From: Octopus vulgaris
Taxonomy: Eukaryota
Reading direction: 5' to 3'
Assembly (NCBI GenBank): GCA_951406725.2
Contig: OX597825.1
Coordinates: 60,388,001 to 60,452,000 of the forward strand
Length of the DNA: 64,000 bases
Position 1 is the stretch's first letter, and the number at the start of each line of letters is the position of its first letter. Made by a program: the position numbers and the translations under genes. Shown in pieces: positions 13,967 through 28,822 of the stretch. The notes beneath the pieces were generated by a model, which was not told the DNA's origin, ran no database searches, and saw nothing but the letters and a program-made list of their open reading frames with translations.

Positions 13967-15066
13967 TCACATATACGTGTATATGTATTGAGAGAGAGTG
14001 GCAGCCAGAATTTTGGATAATTCTTTATTAGCGCTTACGTTCGATTATCGAACTCGTAAAGACCAAATCACATTCAAAATGGTAAAACAAAACAACGTTC
14101 CGCTGTCCATTTATTTGAATTGGATATTTTTTGGCTTTGTTTAGAAAATGAGAATATTGTTTTTATTTTTCTGGAAAAGGAGAAAAGTAATAAAGGATAT
14201 GGAAAGAATGGATATATAGAAAGATACATCGATATATAGACAGACAAACAGATAGTTAGGTAGGTAGACAGAGAGAGAGACAGACAGATAGGTAAATAGA
14301 CAGATAGATAGAGATAGAGAGAGAGAGATTGGTTTGTTTGCAATTTGAAGTGGTCAATCCATTGAAAGTTCATTACAAAGCATTTTTCTTTTTCTTTCTC
14401 CGTTCTCTTTTTTTACTTCCCATTATATACCTATCAGCATATTTGTAAATAAGTACATTTTCTCACAAGGCTGGTGACCTTTAAAAGATTGTCAAATTTA
14501 GGAAGTGTAATGGAAAAATTAAGAATAATGTGGGGGGTCGGTCATCACAGAAAAATAAAAATAATTTCAAAGTCTTATGAAAATGTATATTCTTTTACAT
14601 TTGTATAGTCAAGTTCCATATTCTATAGAATTCCATCTTTTGCATGAAAAATATATTAAATATTTGTACAATACTAACAAATTAAGGAAATAATATCAGA
14701 ATATAAAAAAATTATTTGGTAATGTTTATAATTCAATCTATTTTGTATGTACATGTAATCAAACATCATAAAGGAGTTTTTGTGTATATTGTATATTTAG
14801 CTGGAAGCCACTCTGTAGGATATAAATTATATAATAAAGCAGGGCCTGCTTAAATATACATTTGAGTATCTTTCATTATTTTGTGACATTTACTTTTCTT
14901 TTTCTTTCTTGCATGTATAAGATAATTGAAAAGAGATATTTTTACCGAATTACTTTGCCAAGTAGCTACATTAGATATTTTTCCAATCAGTGGTAAAATG
15001 GTTCTAGTATTCTTTCTCAGGTATACGTAAATATTATAAGAACAAAAGCTGTCAAAATCCCAATGT

Positions 15067-15092
<26 letters not shown>

Positions 15093-15099
<7 letters not shown>

Positions 15100-15330
15100 A
15101 TCACGTGACCGACCAGACCATCTGATGTTGCTACACATCGCTGGTCACAATGCGTTCGCATTGTTTTAGCCTTCGAACGGCGCCATCCCGCTGGCTAAGC
15201 GAGCAGGCCAACAGAAGAAAGAGTGGTGAAAGAGTACAGCAGAGATGTACCGGAGCCTCGCAGTGCTTTTATGTGTTTTCGCTCAATAAACACACACAAC
15301 GCCCGGTCTGGGAATCGAAACCGCGATCCT
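15093..15330 (-). mobile_element. tRNA-derived SINE, family C
   Basis: Reverse complement has ggatcgcggtttcgattcccagaccgggcgttg (B box) and a tail ending ggtcggtcacgtgatcacgtga at (TA)n. Homologous to 56620-56893. Confidence 0.85.
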
Positions 15331-15434
15331 ATTACAACAGTAATAGTGTAATATAAATGTTTTCCCTTCATCCATCATTATTACTATTAAAATAATAATA
15401 ATAATAATAAAAATGTAGTTTCTCTGCTTCTCTT

Positions 15435-15585
15435 TCAATCATTTAATTTTGGAGAGAACTTTTTGATGAAGTTTGGCTCCATTGTTTTTTTGAATTTTGG
15501 GTCATCTCATGAACATTTGTAAAAGGAAAAGATTTTGAGCTTTGCTTTTCCGCATATTTCTAGATGCTTGCTCAATAGAAACTTG
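15435..15585 (-). pseudogene. Relic of Neptune-type PLE GIY-YIG C-terminus
   Basis: Minus translation SKHLEICGKAKLKIFSFYKC...NFIKKFSPKLND* resembles SEHIEKCAK...FLIFPFYQC...FFIEKYKPRLN at 46755-47015. Confidence 0.65.
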
Positions 15586-18016
15586 GGCCATACCAAGGTC
15601 TCGAAATCTAGTTGACTGAGAACATCAAGAATGAGGCTCTACTTCATCTTGAATACTAGGTCCTCAGCTTGGAGGAAAAACTTTGAAGGGGTGTGGCTTG
15701 CCAGATCCAATAAAAAAACAACACAGAACAGACTAAGAAATTTTAAGGGAGACGTCCTATAACATCAACAATCTCAATGATTGTGTGACAGAGAATGAGC
15801 CAAAGGTTTTGTCTGAACAACGGACAGATTACAATTACATCATTTGAATGTGTCGAGAGCAAAAGAGCGCACTAATTATAAAATCATATAATTTGCGGCT
15901 GAATCTTTTTTTTAAAGGCTCGCTTCGAGAGTTGCATTCCCTCGTGTTCGGTACAATGTGTTTATTATGGTACTTGGTGGTGGTGGTGTGTGTGTTTGTG
16001 TGTATATGTATGTGTGTGTCTATATACGTATACACATGCTCACGCAGACACACACACGCACACACTCACATGCACAAACAAACACACACACACACTTCTC
16101 CCTGCAAGCCCCTTGCCTTACGGGCGTTGTTCATGTTGTTCTTGAACGTTGATGTAAAAGTCTGAATATTCGTGAGTTTTTCGGAAAACATCTGGAAGTT
16201 TTTATCCCTTTTCTTATCCCGTGATTTCCCCCTTTTTATTATAGTTTAATTTACTATCCTCTTGAGCTTCCCCATGGGCAAAGAGATTTATATAACCTTT
16301 AAACAGGAGAAAATTTCATATGGTAACAAAGCATGTGGGACAGATTTCAAGGGATGGCGCATCTCTCTACGACGTATTTACGCCTTAGAAACAGTGTTAC
16401 CGTTTGCTTACCAAACCATTAACTAAAGCTCTTCAGAGGGTCACTCAGTCTGAGCTAGAGATGATCTGTGAGAGGCGGGGAGTATGTGACATCTCAATCC
16501 TCCGCAAGTTATTAAATCTCCGTTATGGATTCTAACCAGCAGATGAAGTTTGATGTTTTGCAAAGGACAGAATAGCACCAAACGGAATCAAAGTATTATG
16601 CAGAATAGAATATTCAATGCGTATAGCCTTTATGCTTATCAATCTTACTTGAAATAACATTTGGTTTAAATTTCTATCTTTGTTGATTTAAGTTCTCATT
16701 GACACTCGATTAGAGTTGAATTTAACATTTTAAATCCAAATGTAACCAGAATATTATTACAGTTTATCCCACTCATTCTGAAATTATAAATGACGTAGTG
16801 TTGCTATTTTTCTTGTAGATTAACACTAACCAGATAAATCAATTGTTAGTTTACCACCATAAAATTATCTCCGTCTGTTTGACTTTGTGTACCTACACAC
16901 ACACAGATACACACAAACGCACACTCGCATATACATATTCTTCGAAAACTCGACGTTTTGTTTTATTAGGGCACATGGACTATGATTATTTTTTAAGGTA
17001 TGAATTTCCTACAAGATTCATTTGATTACGGATATGGTATTACTAAAACCATTCTGTTCTTAACATCTACTTCGCAAATTTTACATGAAATTCTGTATTT
17101 CAGAATCCTAGCAGATTTCTTTCAACCGAAAGCGTTATGCAGTCGCAACGGCAGCACAAGCTGTTAATAGTTTTGTACATTGTTTCTAGACCAGCTCTTA
17201 TTAACTAAAACTTATAAAAACTCCCGTCTTTGTTTCAATCACACGTATTTTGCTTATCACTCAACATCGTCGAAATTTTCCTCTTCTTATATAGAACAGT
17301 ACGGTGGTGCTGTTATCTTTAGCCTGTCACATAATGACATAAAGGCATCCTTGTCTTACGTGAGTAATAGAAATAGGTAAGCATACAAAGTATTTGTCTG
17401 TAAAGTTTAGAAACGAAAACAAAATTGCATCGATCAAATCATAAAGAAAAATATCCTAGACAGTGAGAAAATCTCAGCATGAGCACGAGATGATATGACC
17501 AGGGATGGATCATCTGGTGATATATGTTTTATCCTGAATAACCTGGTTTTAGTAATAAGACAAAAAAAACTGAAACAACAACTACAATAGCAAATGGAAA
17601 ACTTTACAGTTCACCTGACCGGATTGGCAAATACTCAGTAGGTTAAGTATGTCAGAATCTATTAACATTTATTTGAAACAACTGAATGAGATTTCTGAAG
17701 ACATTGTTGATTTCTAGGTGGATGAATTAATAATCTAAGAGAAATAAAATTCCAAGTTTTATCCAGTTATCTCAGCTCATATCTGGGTTTGGTTAAAGGT
17801 TTGAAAGTATTAGGAAGAGTTATTCATAATTTCCGTCTTCTTAATACGCTTATATTTTTCTATTTTCTCTCCCACCTTTTCTCTCTCTCTCTGAATACAA
17901 CTATATGTATATATATATAACGAGAAGCTTTATGAAAATAAACAAAAGACGAAGGCAGGTGGAATACAAACAAACAATTGTATTAGTATGGCGCACAGGA
18001 ATATAAATAAAACAAG

Positions 18017-18054
18017 TCTTTTACGTTTCGAGCCTACGCTCTTCAACAGAAAGA
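18017..18054 (-). ncRNA. Minimal hammerhead-like motif (core variant CUGUUGA) in a PLE-like tail (~17920-18170)
   Basis: tcttt-CTGTTGA-a-gagc gtag gctc-GAAACGTA-aaaga. Stems I and II are perfect. The tail ends at (TA)n. Confidence 0.65.
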
Positions 18055-19402
18055 TACACAGAAAAGAAACACGGAGAGAAACAAGGAGAGAAAAAAAAAT
18101 GCGTGCAGAGGCTAGCGAATCAACATGGCGATCTGATTTCGGCCAGAAGTCAAAGATCAAACGTGAGACGCAAGAGCATATCTGCGTGTCTATGTGTGTG
18201 TGTACATCCACTGGTATATATGTATATATATATATATATATACAACCACTTGCATATATATGTATGTGTGTAGGTGTGCATGTATGCATATTTTACTGCT
18301 CACAAATACATAGAGGTTTTCTTATGGGCTTACTCCTTCAAGCAGCTTGTTACTCGGTCGCGAAACATGCGCATAAATTTACAGCACTATTCAGGAGTCT
18401 TCATTTCTCTCTCTTTCTCTATCTGTCTCCCTCCATTTCTCTCACCCTCCCTCACACAATCTTTCGCTTTCTGTCCTATTCTTCAAGTAATTTAACCAAA
18501 TTGCTGCGTTAAAGTTTGCATATATTGTTCTTGCTGCTATGACCACACTCTCCATCACTATAATTAGATTCGATATATTTGCCTTATTAATGTGAAGAAT
18601 ACATGAGCTGAGACCAAACTCTCTCAGCTTCAGCTTTTACCGTGTACTGGAGCAGCAAGTTAAAGTTGATCAGCTGTACCCAACAATTAGACAGAAGAAC
18701 GAGGCTAGCAATTATCAAGTTCAAACAGGGTATGTAAACGTCAGTATAATTACTATTCATTTCTATGGATATTTTGCTTTGATTCAAAAGAAGATAAATT
18801 ACAGATCGGAAAATATAATCAGGGTGTTTGATAGGCAATATAAGGACAAAATCGATTATTCTCATACTCTTTTCGAATTAATTGTTTGTGCCCATGTTTC
18901 AAAGAATCTGTGTGATAATTATGATTCCTTATACATTCAATGCTAATAAATACAATTTACTTTAAATGTCGCATCTATGACTCACGTTAAGCTGAAGATC
19001 TGCCAAAAGAACTCCAAGATTTCTGTACTCAGCTATATATATATATATATATAATATCTATTGAACATTTTCTATTTTAATAGCGTATGTTAATGGATAT
19101 TCTGGAAACTGCTTGAAAGTGTAGGCACCACAATACGTGTATATACGCGGGCGTGGGTGCGCACACGCACATACACACATACGCACACGCCCATATGTGT
19201 AGTCACTTGCTGACAACTTTTTCTGTCTTCTATGGCTGAATACCCAAGCTTTCTCGGCTCTTTTCACAGCTATGCTGCATTCGAAATTTACTTCCTTGGT
19301 TTGTAAAATACCAAAACACTGTGCGCTCTTAAAATTCGTTTATAATACATACATACATACATACATACATACATACATACATACATACATACATACATAC
19401 AC

Positions 19403-19438
<36 letters not shown>

Positions 19439-19515
19439 ATGTGTGTGACCTCGTGTGTACCGTTGGCGATTTTTTTCCCTCTGTCTTCCCTTCTCTGGAT
19501 CTTTCCTTCTCCTAT

Positions 19516-19550
19516 GTTTCCGACGAAGAGCTCCGCTCGAAACGTTAAAC
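19516..19550 (+). ncRNA. Minimal hammerhead-like motif (core variant CCGACGA) in a PLE-like tail (~19445-19650)
   Basis: gttt-CCGACGA-a-gagc tcc gctc-GAAACGTT-aaac. A T-rich tail then runs into (TA)n. Confidence 0.65.
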
Positions 19551-19646
19551 CCTCCTTCTTTCCTTCTTTCCTGAGCGTCCAATAATACTTTATTTGTTCC
19601 ACGTCCTCGCGTTGTTTTGTTTTTTTGTGCTTTCTTGTTTGGATTA

Positions 19647-19719
<73 letters not shown>

Positions 19720-20807
19720 CGGCGGTGCATGGCCGCAGCTCTGAGCTGAAACTAATAAAAAATATATATATATATATATGAGTGTGTCTGTATGTATGTG
19801 AATGTGTGTATGTGTGTAGGTATTTCGTAGAATTATCTAATGAAAATGAAATAATCAATGCACTTATTATTTTTGTTTTTAATTTTGTAACACATTAACA
19901 CATCATCCAGTGGCAAAGCGGTGTTTCTGGACTGTGGCATTTGTTTATAACTTTATGCAAATCTATGTAAAAATCTAGCTTGGTTTTCTCCTTCTAACTC
20001 ACACATACACCTGTGCCTACAAGAAGAGATGGAAGAGAGAGCGAGATAGAGAGGTGGGAACGAGAGAGGTGAGAATAGGAAATTATATACAGAGAAAGAG
20101 ACAGAGAAAGGGAGGCATGAGACAATCTGATAAAAGTATGAATTTAGCTGAAGATCTTCTACAATGGTATTACAAAACAGGTAATAAATCTGAATTATTG
20201 AGTACCAACAGTTAGAATTGCTGACTATGTGTACATACGAATCTCAATATTATATCCACATTCGGTCTTGAATTATATGCGATAGCTTTCATTACATTTC
20301 TCACGATGTAACCAACAATGTTTGCTTTCAGTTTTGTCCAGATCGTATTTCCAATACTATTAAGAGAAAAAAATGTGCACTTATAGTTGCTTACTATATC
20401 AAAGAGTAAGAAAAACAAGTCTAATTGCCAAAACAAAACCAAAACTCAGAGGAAAATGAAAAGCTAAATTCTAGACATAAGTAATATCTTTAGTAAAACG
20501 ATTATTTGAATGAAAATATTCAGGAGGTAAGTCATGATAAGGGAAAGTCTATTACAACGAGTAGAATTAAGTATGATTTTCCGTTACTGCTGGAAAGAGA
20601 AGAATTGATGTTAATGCAACAACGTTATTTCACTATAGAAATAGCTGAAGGACTAGCAATTTGTTATCATTATAACAGAATTAGTTACGGTAAAAAGTTG
20701 GTAGTGATGAGGTACAGAGATTTAATGGAAAACACATTAAACTTCTTTCTTTCCGAATATATATGTGTATAGTTATGTAGAGATATAGCTACACACAGAC
20801 ACACACA

Positions 20808-20858
<51 letters not shown>

Positions 20859-22063
20859 GTATATATATAATATATGTATATATATATGTGCGTGTGTGTG
20901 AGTGTGTCTATATATGTATATATGTATATATGTATGTCTGTAAATCTCTCTCTCTCAATATATATATATATATACATATGTATATATGTATCTCTGTATG
21001 TATATATATATATATGTATATGTGTGTGTGTGTATATGTACATATGCATGCGTATAGGTATACAATGTTTTAAGCTAGGATATTGAATCATTGCAAGTGA
21101 TAGCATTAAACTTAAGATATCCCACCCATGTGAACAACGGAAAGACATGTTAATACAAACGCATATACATGTGTGTGTTCTATGTATATATATATATGTT
21201 TGTGAATATACATACATACATCCATCCATATATATATGTACATATATATGTATATATATATGTTTGTGAATATACATACATACATCCATCCATCCATATA
21301 TATATATATATATGCATTTCTATATTGTTATATGTAATATCATTCACACAAGCGGCATACACGTGTGTGCATATAAGCACACACAGGTATATCCGTTGAA
21401 GAAATTTCTTTGATAAAAAATATCCTCAAACCGCGCGTGCACACACACATGCACACGCATACCGACATACAAACTCACACACACATGCGTTGATATATGC
21501 GTAGTCGTGATTTCCTGATTGAGTGTGTTATAAGTGTGTGTGAATGTACATACGAGCCTGTGTTTGCCTGATTTGTGTTTGTGAATATGTGTGTATATCA
21601 CATACTCCATCAAATACTACGTATATCACAAATATGAAATATGAATAGAATACGTATTCAAATACGAAAAAAAAAGTTTTAGTGTTATCCATCTTACTGA
21701 AATATATTTACAATGAAATCTCTGCCGTCGATGTTGACTTTTTCTACATAGCTTTTAAAATCATTTATATGGAAGGAATATGGAATATTCAAACGTTGGT
21801 GCCTTTATGGAAATCAGTAGCAACCTGAGCGCTATCGGCTCTAGCGATGTTAGTGGAACGAAAAGGCCAGAATCAATAATTCAACTAACCTCATGTTTCA
21901 TTTCTTCGCGGGCCTACATCGACACACCTGGTAGAAAGACATACACGCCCACTGTCACATACATACATTTATATACATACACAGATATGTACGTATCTAT
22001 CTATCTATTTCTATCAACCTATCTCGTACGTGTATGTATATATATATATATATATATATACCC

Positions 22064-22132
<69 letters not shown>

Positions 22133-23438
22133 ATGCATGTAGAAAGCAGACATGTTAGGTTGTTCTAGAGAACGTATTACTCAAATATATTCCATTCTAT
22201 ATGTAGAATGTGTTAACAATTCAGTTCTATTTTTTAATAAAATAATTATATTTTCGCTGAAATAGAGATTGTACCATAACTCTTCCATCACAACCTGCTG
22301 GTGTGATACTTTAATCACAATAGACCAAGTAATTTTGAATTAATTCGGACTTGCATTAGCTAAGAATCTTATAAGATTTTGACAAAATTATACGTTATTG
22401 TTGAGAAATGAATGCAGACTCATTCCTTCACAATAAAGTTATTAACCAGAATTTCTCACAATATTGCCATTGTTCCACTCCAAACTTTTGTATTATATTC
22501 TAGCATGAAACATGAACACTTAGCAAATATGTCTCGGCGAGAAGGATCAATGTCTCGGTGATATTTTCCTGTTAAATTACTTCAGCTGAGTAATATTTTG
22601 AAAGAAACAATGTGACTATTAAAATATCACAGATAATCTTTTATTCTTAATATATGCCTATTCAAACATTTCTGTAAATATTCACCCAGTTTTTTTTTTT
22701 TTAGTTTTGAATATGTTACTTTGCTTATATCATATGAAGAATCCATATCTCGTAAATTTATTTGAATGCAGGCAACATTGATTAACAATTAACAATTTGT
22801 ATATGACTTTTCACCTCGGAAATTTGCTGGTGTTGTAAAATTTCACTTCAAAATTATAATTCTGGTTGTTCTATTGCACATAAAATTCAGTACACATACG
22901 GTCAAAACGTATTCTATTTGTGACCATTTTTTCTGTTTTCACGTTTGATATACCATGTGTCTAGTACCCTTGTCTCCGTCTACACCTCTGTTATAGTTAA
23001 TATAATCGGACGACATTTTGTTGAAGATTTCTTGAACAGTCTCGCGTGTTGAGCTATCACATAGGTCTCCCCCTCGTATTTAATCTAAGAAGTTGCAGAA
23101 TAAATGCAGACACACATGTACCTACATATACACACATACACATATTAAATACAGAAATACAGAAATAGAGAAAATACAGAAAATATTCACTAGAGTTTAT
23201 AGATCACTAGATTTATGGAGACTATATAGTTTACTACATAGGATTATTTCACCGTCTTCTGGATATTGTAATGAAATACTCCCCAAATCGTGATCACTTC
23301 AACAAAATATATTACAATTACCACTATTATACACATATGCATATTATATGCATATGCATATATATATATATATATATATTTCGTTTTGGGATTTCGTTTG
23401 CAAGATACTTTATACGAGTTCGTGTGTTGAAGCATATT

Positions 23439-23626
23439 CTGTTGTGTCTGGGGAGAGTAATTTTCTTTTTGTGCCTTATAATGTAACACACTCACCAGTA
23501 AAATCTTCACTTATTTCTTCTTTTCTTATTTTCTTATTTTAAAAAATAAGAAATAAGTGGAAATTTTACCGGTGAGTGTGTTATATTATAAGGCAAAAAA
23601 AGAAAATGACTTCCCAGACACAACAG
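23439..23626. repeat. Imperfect fold-back inverted repeat (~85-bp arms)
   Basis: ctgttgtgtctggg...ccttataatgtaacacactcaccagtaaaat is mirrored by attttaccggtgagtgtgttatattataagg...cccagacacaacag. Confidence 0.85.
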
Positions 23627-24334
23627 TATATACATACATTCATATATATATATATATATATATATATGAAGAATATGCGAGTGTGTTTTGGGGTATCTGT
23701 CTATTTAATATACATTAATAGAGTTTAGGGAGATAAATTATTAAACAGTGAGATAGATAGATTCATAAAGAGACAGATATATGGATATATCAATAAATAT
23801 GCAAACATTGCAATTGAGAACACATACGTTGAATGCGTATTTCAAATAACGTAAGGTAATGTGTCTATGAAGGTACAGAAATAAATATGTAGTAAAACAT
23901 ATGCCAATGTATGAATGATTTTGTGCTCATGTATGAATGTAAATATGTGTATTTCTCGTTCCCCCTCTCTCTCTCTCACTCCCGCTCGAACTTTGTCTCT
24001 CTCTCTCTCTCTATCTCTATCTATCTATCAATCTGTTTATCTCTATTTATTTAGGTATGTATATATATATATATGTATATGTATATACACACACATACAT
24101 ATATATGTGGCCACAGCTCTGAGCTGAAACTAGAGAAAAAGTATATATATACATACACATATATATATATGTATTTATATATGTGTATATATGTATGTGT
24201 CTGAGTATATAAATGCATATGTATGCGTACAGATACACACATATATGTTGCTGGAAAATGAAAACATCTTGAGAGAAAACCTATTCAAAACGAAAATAAG
24301 AAATCCAACTTGGTGTGTTTACTTATAATTATTC

Positions 24335-24413
<79 letters not shown>

Positions 24414-24456
24414 TATAGATAGATAGATAGATATACATATGTAGATGTGTATAGAT

Positions 24457-24500
<44 letters not shown>

Positions 24501-24514
24501 CTCACATATATGTG

Positions 24515-24556
<42 letters not shown>

Positions 24557-24699
24557 GATACATACTTAGTCTGATGAATATGTGTCTGGACTGTTATAGT
24601 TCATGTTCAGATTCACATACCCAGGTCTATTCCCCATTTGCTTTTTAGGAGGGGGTAGCCCCAGCATGACACACATAAGGCATTCATTTATTTTCCATC

Positions 24700-25745
24700 T
24701 CAAAGGTGCAAGCCCCGTTTCCTGCTCTGGTCAAAGCATAGAACGCAACCCCCAATATCAGCAGAGGGACCCGACAGCTTATGCCGGTTTGCTCCCAGAG
24801 GATCGTACTGGTTCCTTTCTTTTTAGCAATATCAGAATATACTCATCAGTCCACAAACACTCTTCAAGCTTTCCTATCATTTATAAACTCTGTTGCCTCT
24901 CTCATTCCAACACCTTTAACTACCAAAGCTTTCCTCACTCCATCCATGCACACAAACCGAGGTCTGCCTCTGGTTCTACTGCTTACCACTTCATCACCCT
25001 CCTTACCACCGACTCTTTATTCATCCTCTCCATGTGGCCAAAACATCTCAACATTCATCTATCCAATTTGGTAGTTTTTCTCTCACTCCTGCTCGTCTTC
25101 GCAACACCTCATTCTTTATCATGTCCATCCGTGTCTCACAAACCATCGCGCTCAGACATCTCATCTCAATCACATCTAGTCACCTCCTTTCCGCCCCTCT
25201 CTGACCCCACATCTCTGCACCATATAGCATTGTCGGCACAATCACGCCCTAATATACACCTCGTTTCGCTTTCATACTCAACCTTTTATCTCTCAACAAA
25301 TTTCCACACTTACATTTATCCCCTTTCCCCCTGCACAGTGGCACTGTATACTGCATCTCTCCTTTTGTACATTTCCAGCCATATAGCACACATTCATAAA
25401 TCTCACTAGCCATTTAATAATAGTCACTCCCCCTTTCTTTACGTATTCCACTATACATCCATCTATACCTGGCGTCCTTCGGTTTGCCATCTTTCGCAGA
25501 TATTCCTCGACAACTCCTCTTCCAATTGCACCGAAGTTGCATTCCCCAACAGTTATTTTCCTCTCTCCTCCTACAGCCATCATACTTGCCTCCCTAACAT
25601 CCTCCATATTTAACAGCTCACTAAAATACTCTGCTCATCTCCTTTGTACATCCTCACTTCCTTTCAACAAATTTTCATTTACATCCTTCACCCTTTCTTC
25701 CCTTCCTCCAACGAAATTTCTGGCCAGCTGGAAGCATTTTTTTGT
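24700..25745 (-). mobile_element. Decayed RTE-like non-LTR retrotransposon fragment
   Basis: Minus ORF 25293-25607 contains RTPGIDGCIVEYVKKGGVTIIKWLVRFMNVC (RT domain 0/1). A distal frame gives RTRGRPRFVCMDGVRKAL, typical of an RTE C-terminus. Confidence 0.75.
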
Positions 25746-25799
25746 ATAAACTTAGCAGATACGCGTGTCATACACAGTACTTCAGTGATATTGGACTGA

Positions 25800-26271
25800 A
25801 CCGAACCGTACCTAATCTTCACTACTTCTGATTCATAACTCACGGATGGTGTTTCGACGATTTCCCCTCAGAGCTGTACCCACATCTCCGATATTTTACT
25901 CACCTTTGCTGGTTGTGGGTCTCCCAGAACGTTCACAATTTCAACATTTTTTCGTCCCAATTGGAAAATTTTGAACCATTCGTACACTTGTGTGCAGCTC
26001 ATACACTCTCATCTATGCCCTTTCTGTAAAACTGCGTAGGCCTCTGAGCAGGTATCGCCATGACAACTTTCTCTGTTATGGTCTATGCGGCGATAACACG
26101 TTAACACGTTCCTTCCAAGCACTGCTGTAAAGAGTGGAAGAGAATCAGAAAGTTAAAACTTAGAGCGAATGCACAGCAGAGATCAAGGTCAATCTATGCC
26201 AAGCGGTTTACTCTTCGTGCTTTAGCTTCGTTACTATGGCAACAGTCCGGACACTTACTGACCAGACCTCG
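25800..26271 (-). mobile_element. Mariner relic (5' TIR + HTH region)
   Basis: The minus strand starts cgaggtctggtcagtaagtgtccggact (mariner-type TIR). It translates as GDTCSEAYAVLQK...MSCTQVYEWFKIFQLGRKNVE...RSGRPTT. Confidence 0.8.
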
Positions 26272-26534
26272 GAAATATATACATATGTATGTTTGTGTAT
26301 ATGCGTGTGTGTATGCATATCTATATGTATGTATATATACATACACACACACATATATATATATATTTACATATAGTGTGAGAAAGAATGTATATACATG
26401 CACACAGACACACACATATATATATATATATATCCTATCAATATATATATATATATATATGCATATATATATATATCATCAATATATATATATGCATATA
26501 AATATATATATATATATATATGTATGTATTGATA

Positions 26535-26570
<36 letters not shown>

Positions 26571-26759
26571 ATACATATATCTGTCTGTCTGAATGTGTAT
26601 GTATATATCAAATGTGAATTGCTCTTACTTCTGACACTTCTGCCTGGTGGGTTCTTCTCTGTCAATATATCGTATCAATAAACAGAGATAAGAAAAACAT
26701 GAAAGTCCAAAAAGAAATAACAGGAAAGGACGTTACACAAATAAAAAGTTAAATGAAAA

Positions 26760-26815
<56 letters not shown>

Positions 26816-27311
26816 ACATACACAGCAAAATGATAAGGAGAAAACAAAGTATGTGAACTACAAACAACTCGACGAACTGATTTAAACAATCATTACATTT
26901 TCAACCAATGATTGATTATCATGGACAAGAGAAAATATGGAACGCGAATCTGAACAACTAACAAATAACCTTATAAGTGTCAAAATCACGTTCACTTGTT
27001 CCAATATGGCGCCATTTGAAGACATTTTTCGACTCCACTTCCGTCTGGGCATTGCGATAAATTGGAATAGATTTCACGATGGCAAGTTGTTGATAGCTAT
27101 CACCTGATATTTATTTAAACGTTTAGAAAATGTGACTGCAATCTTTACTAACAACTTTACAATTTGAAAAGTAAAAACAAACAAAAACAGCAGGCAAACA
27201 CTGTTTACACGTTGAAGTTAATGGGATATATTAATAGAAACCTCCCTTCAACTTCACTTATACATACATACATATATATCCAAAAACACATTGCCATACA
27301 TATAACCAAAA

Positions 27312-27366
<55 letters not shown>

Positions 27367-27438
27367 GTGTGTGTGTATGTGTGTGTGTATGTGTATACAT
27401 ATATATACATACATCTATATATATATATATACACACAC

Positions 27439-27473
<35 letters not shown>

Positions 27474-27863
27474 TGTATGTCAGTATGTATGTATATATAT
27501 ATGTGTGAGTATGTGTGTACATGTGTGTGTGTTCATGTGTATCTATATATGCAATATAAATAGTCATAGTTAAATAGTAGTCTATCACGAATCACCCTCG
27601 TTATAACGCACACTGCATTAAAAGTCCTAACATCTACTTTGTAAGCATTTCCAGTTTGCTTGATATGTATCTAAGGATCTATCTCCTTACTTATTTCTAT
27701 GTCTCTAACTCCATCCATTCTCTATCTCTCATTCTATCTCTCATTCTCTATCCATTCTCTATCTATGTATAAACACACATACAGAGTCGCACACCCATAT
27801 ATACATGCCTGCGCATCTATCCATCTATCCTCTATCTATCTATATCTATATATATACATATAT

Positions 27864-27933
<70 letters not shown>

Positions 27934-28179
27934 ACATTTATATACATGCCTAACTCTTCGCAAATAAATATAAATTATGTATATATCAAGTCATTATGAA
28001 TGAAATGTCCTATTTTCTCATGCCCCTTTTTTGACAGTTCTTAACTTTAACGTTTTATTCTGACAATTCTTTTTTTACAACATTGAAGAATTACATCACC
28101 ACTATTCAAAATACTGTTCATGATGTCAGATTTTATCGTGAGTTTCCTCTAGTAAATAATTTTTTGTGAACCCATGTAT

Positions 28180-28480
28180 AGATAAAAAATTCGTGTTGTT
28201 CATGAATATAAGTTCCGACAAGGAACTAATCTATCCCAGACAGTTTGAAACATGAATGTCATGTTTGGTGAAGATCTAGCGAATGAACGCACTGTACGTC
28301 GATGGTTTGACAAGTTCCTGTCTGGTGACTTTCCTCTCGAAAATCTGCCCCGTGATAGACATGAGATGAAGATGGATAATGACGAGCTTGGACCTTAGAT
28401 GGAAGTGGATACTTCTCAAACTGCGGGTGAGTTAGCAGCAGGGTTAGATGTTTCGATTTTAACTGTATCGGATCTTCGCT
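28180..28480 (+). mobile_element. Mariner transposase N-terminal relic
   Basis: KIRVVHEYKFRQGTNLSQT*..FGEDLANERTVRRWFDKFLSGDFPLENLPR...SQTAGELAAGLDVS. Confidence 0.8.
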
Positions 28481-28822
28481 TTACTGTAATGTGTTATTTC
28501 ATTTCAAAATAAATTTTTGAAACTCTATGAATGATGGTTCTCCCCATGTTTACATGATGTAATCATCTCAGAGTGCCTGTTTATCCCTTTTTTTCCCTGG
28601 ATGTGATTATTTCTAGGATTTCTTCTAGGTATACTTTGCATACTTTGCATATAACGGAAATTGTGATGTTCCGTTATATGAAACATCACAAGTGAAATCC
28701 AAACTAGGCCAGTAATTTTTCGCAGCTTTAGATGGTCACTTTCCAAGATCTACCAAATATCGCAACGTGGTCTGTAGGCGATTTCTTTTTTAACTCTTTC
28801 TTTAGAATTTTCTCTTTCTTTC

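Noticed and set aside
24603-25409. 268-aa plus-strand ORF
   Set aside because: Antisense to a decayed RTE-like LINE. Ser/Leu/His-biased with no domain.
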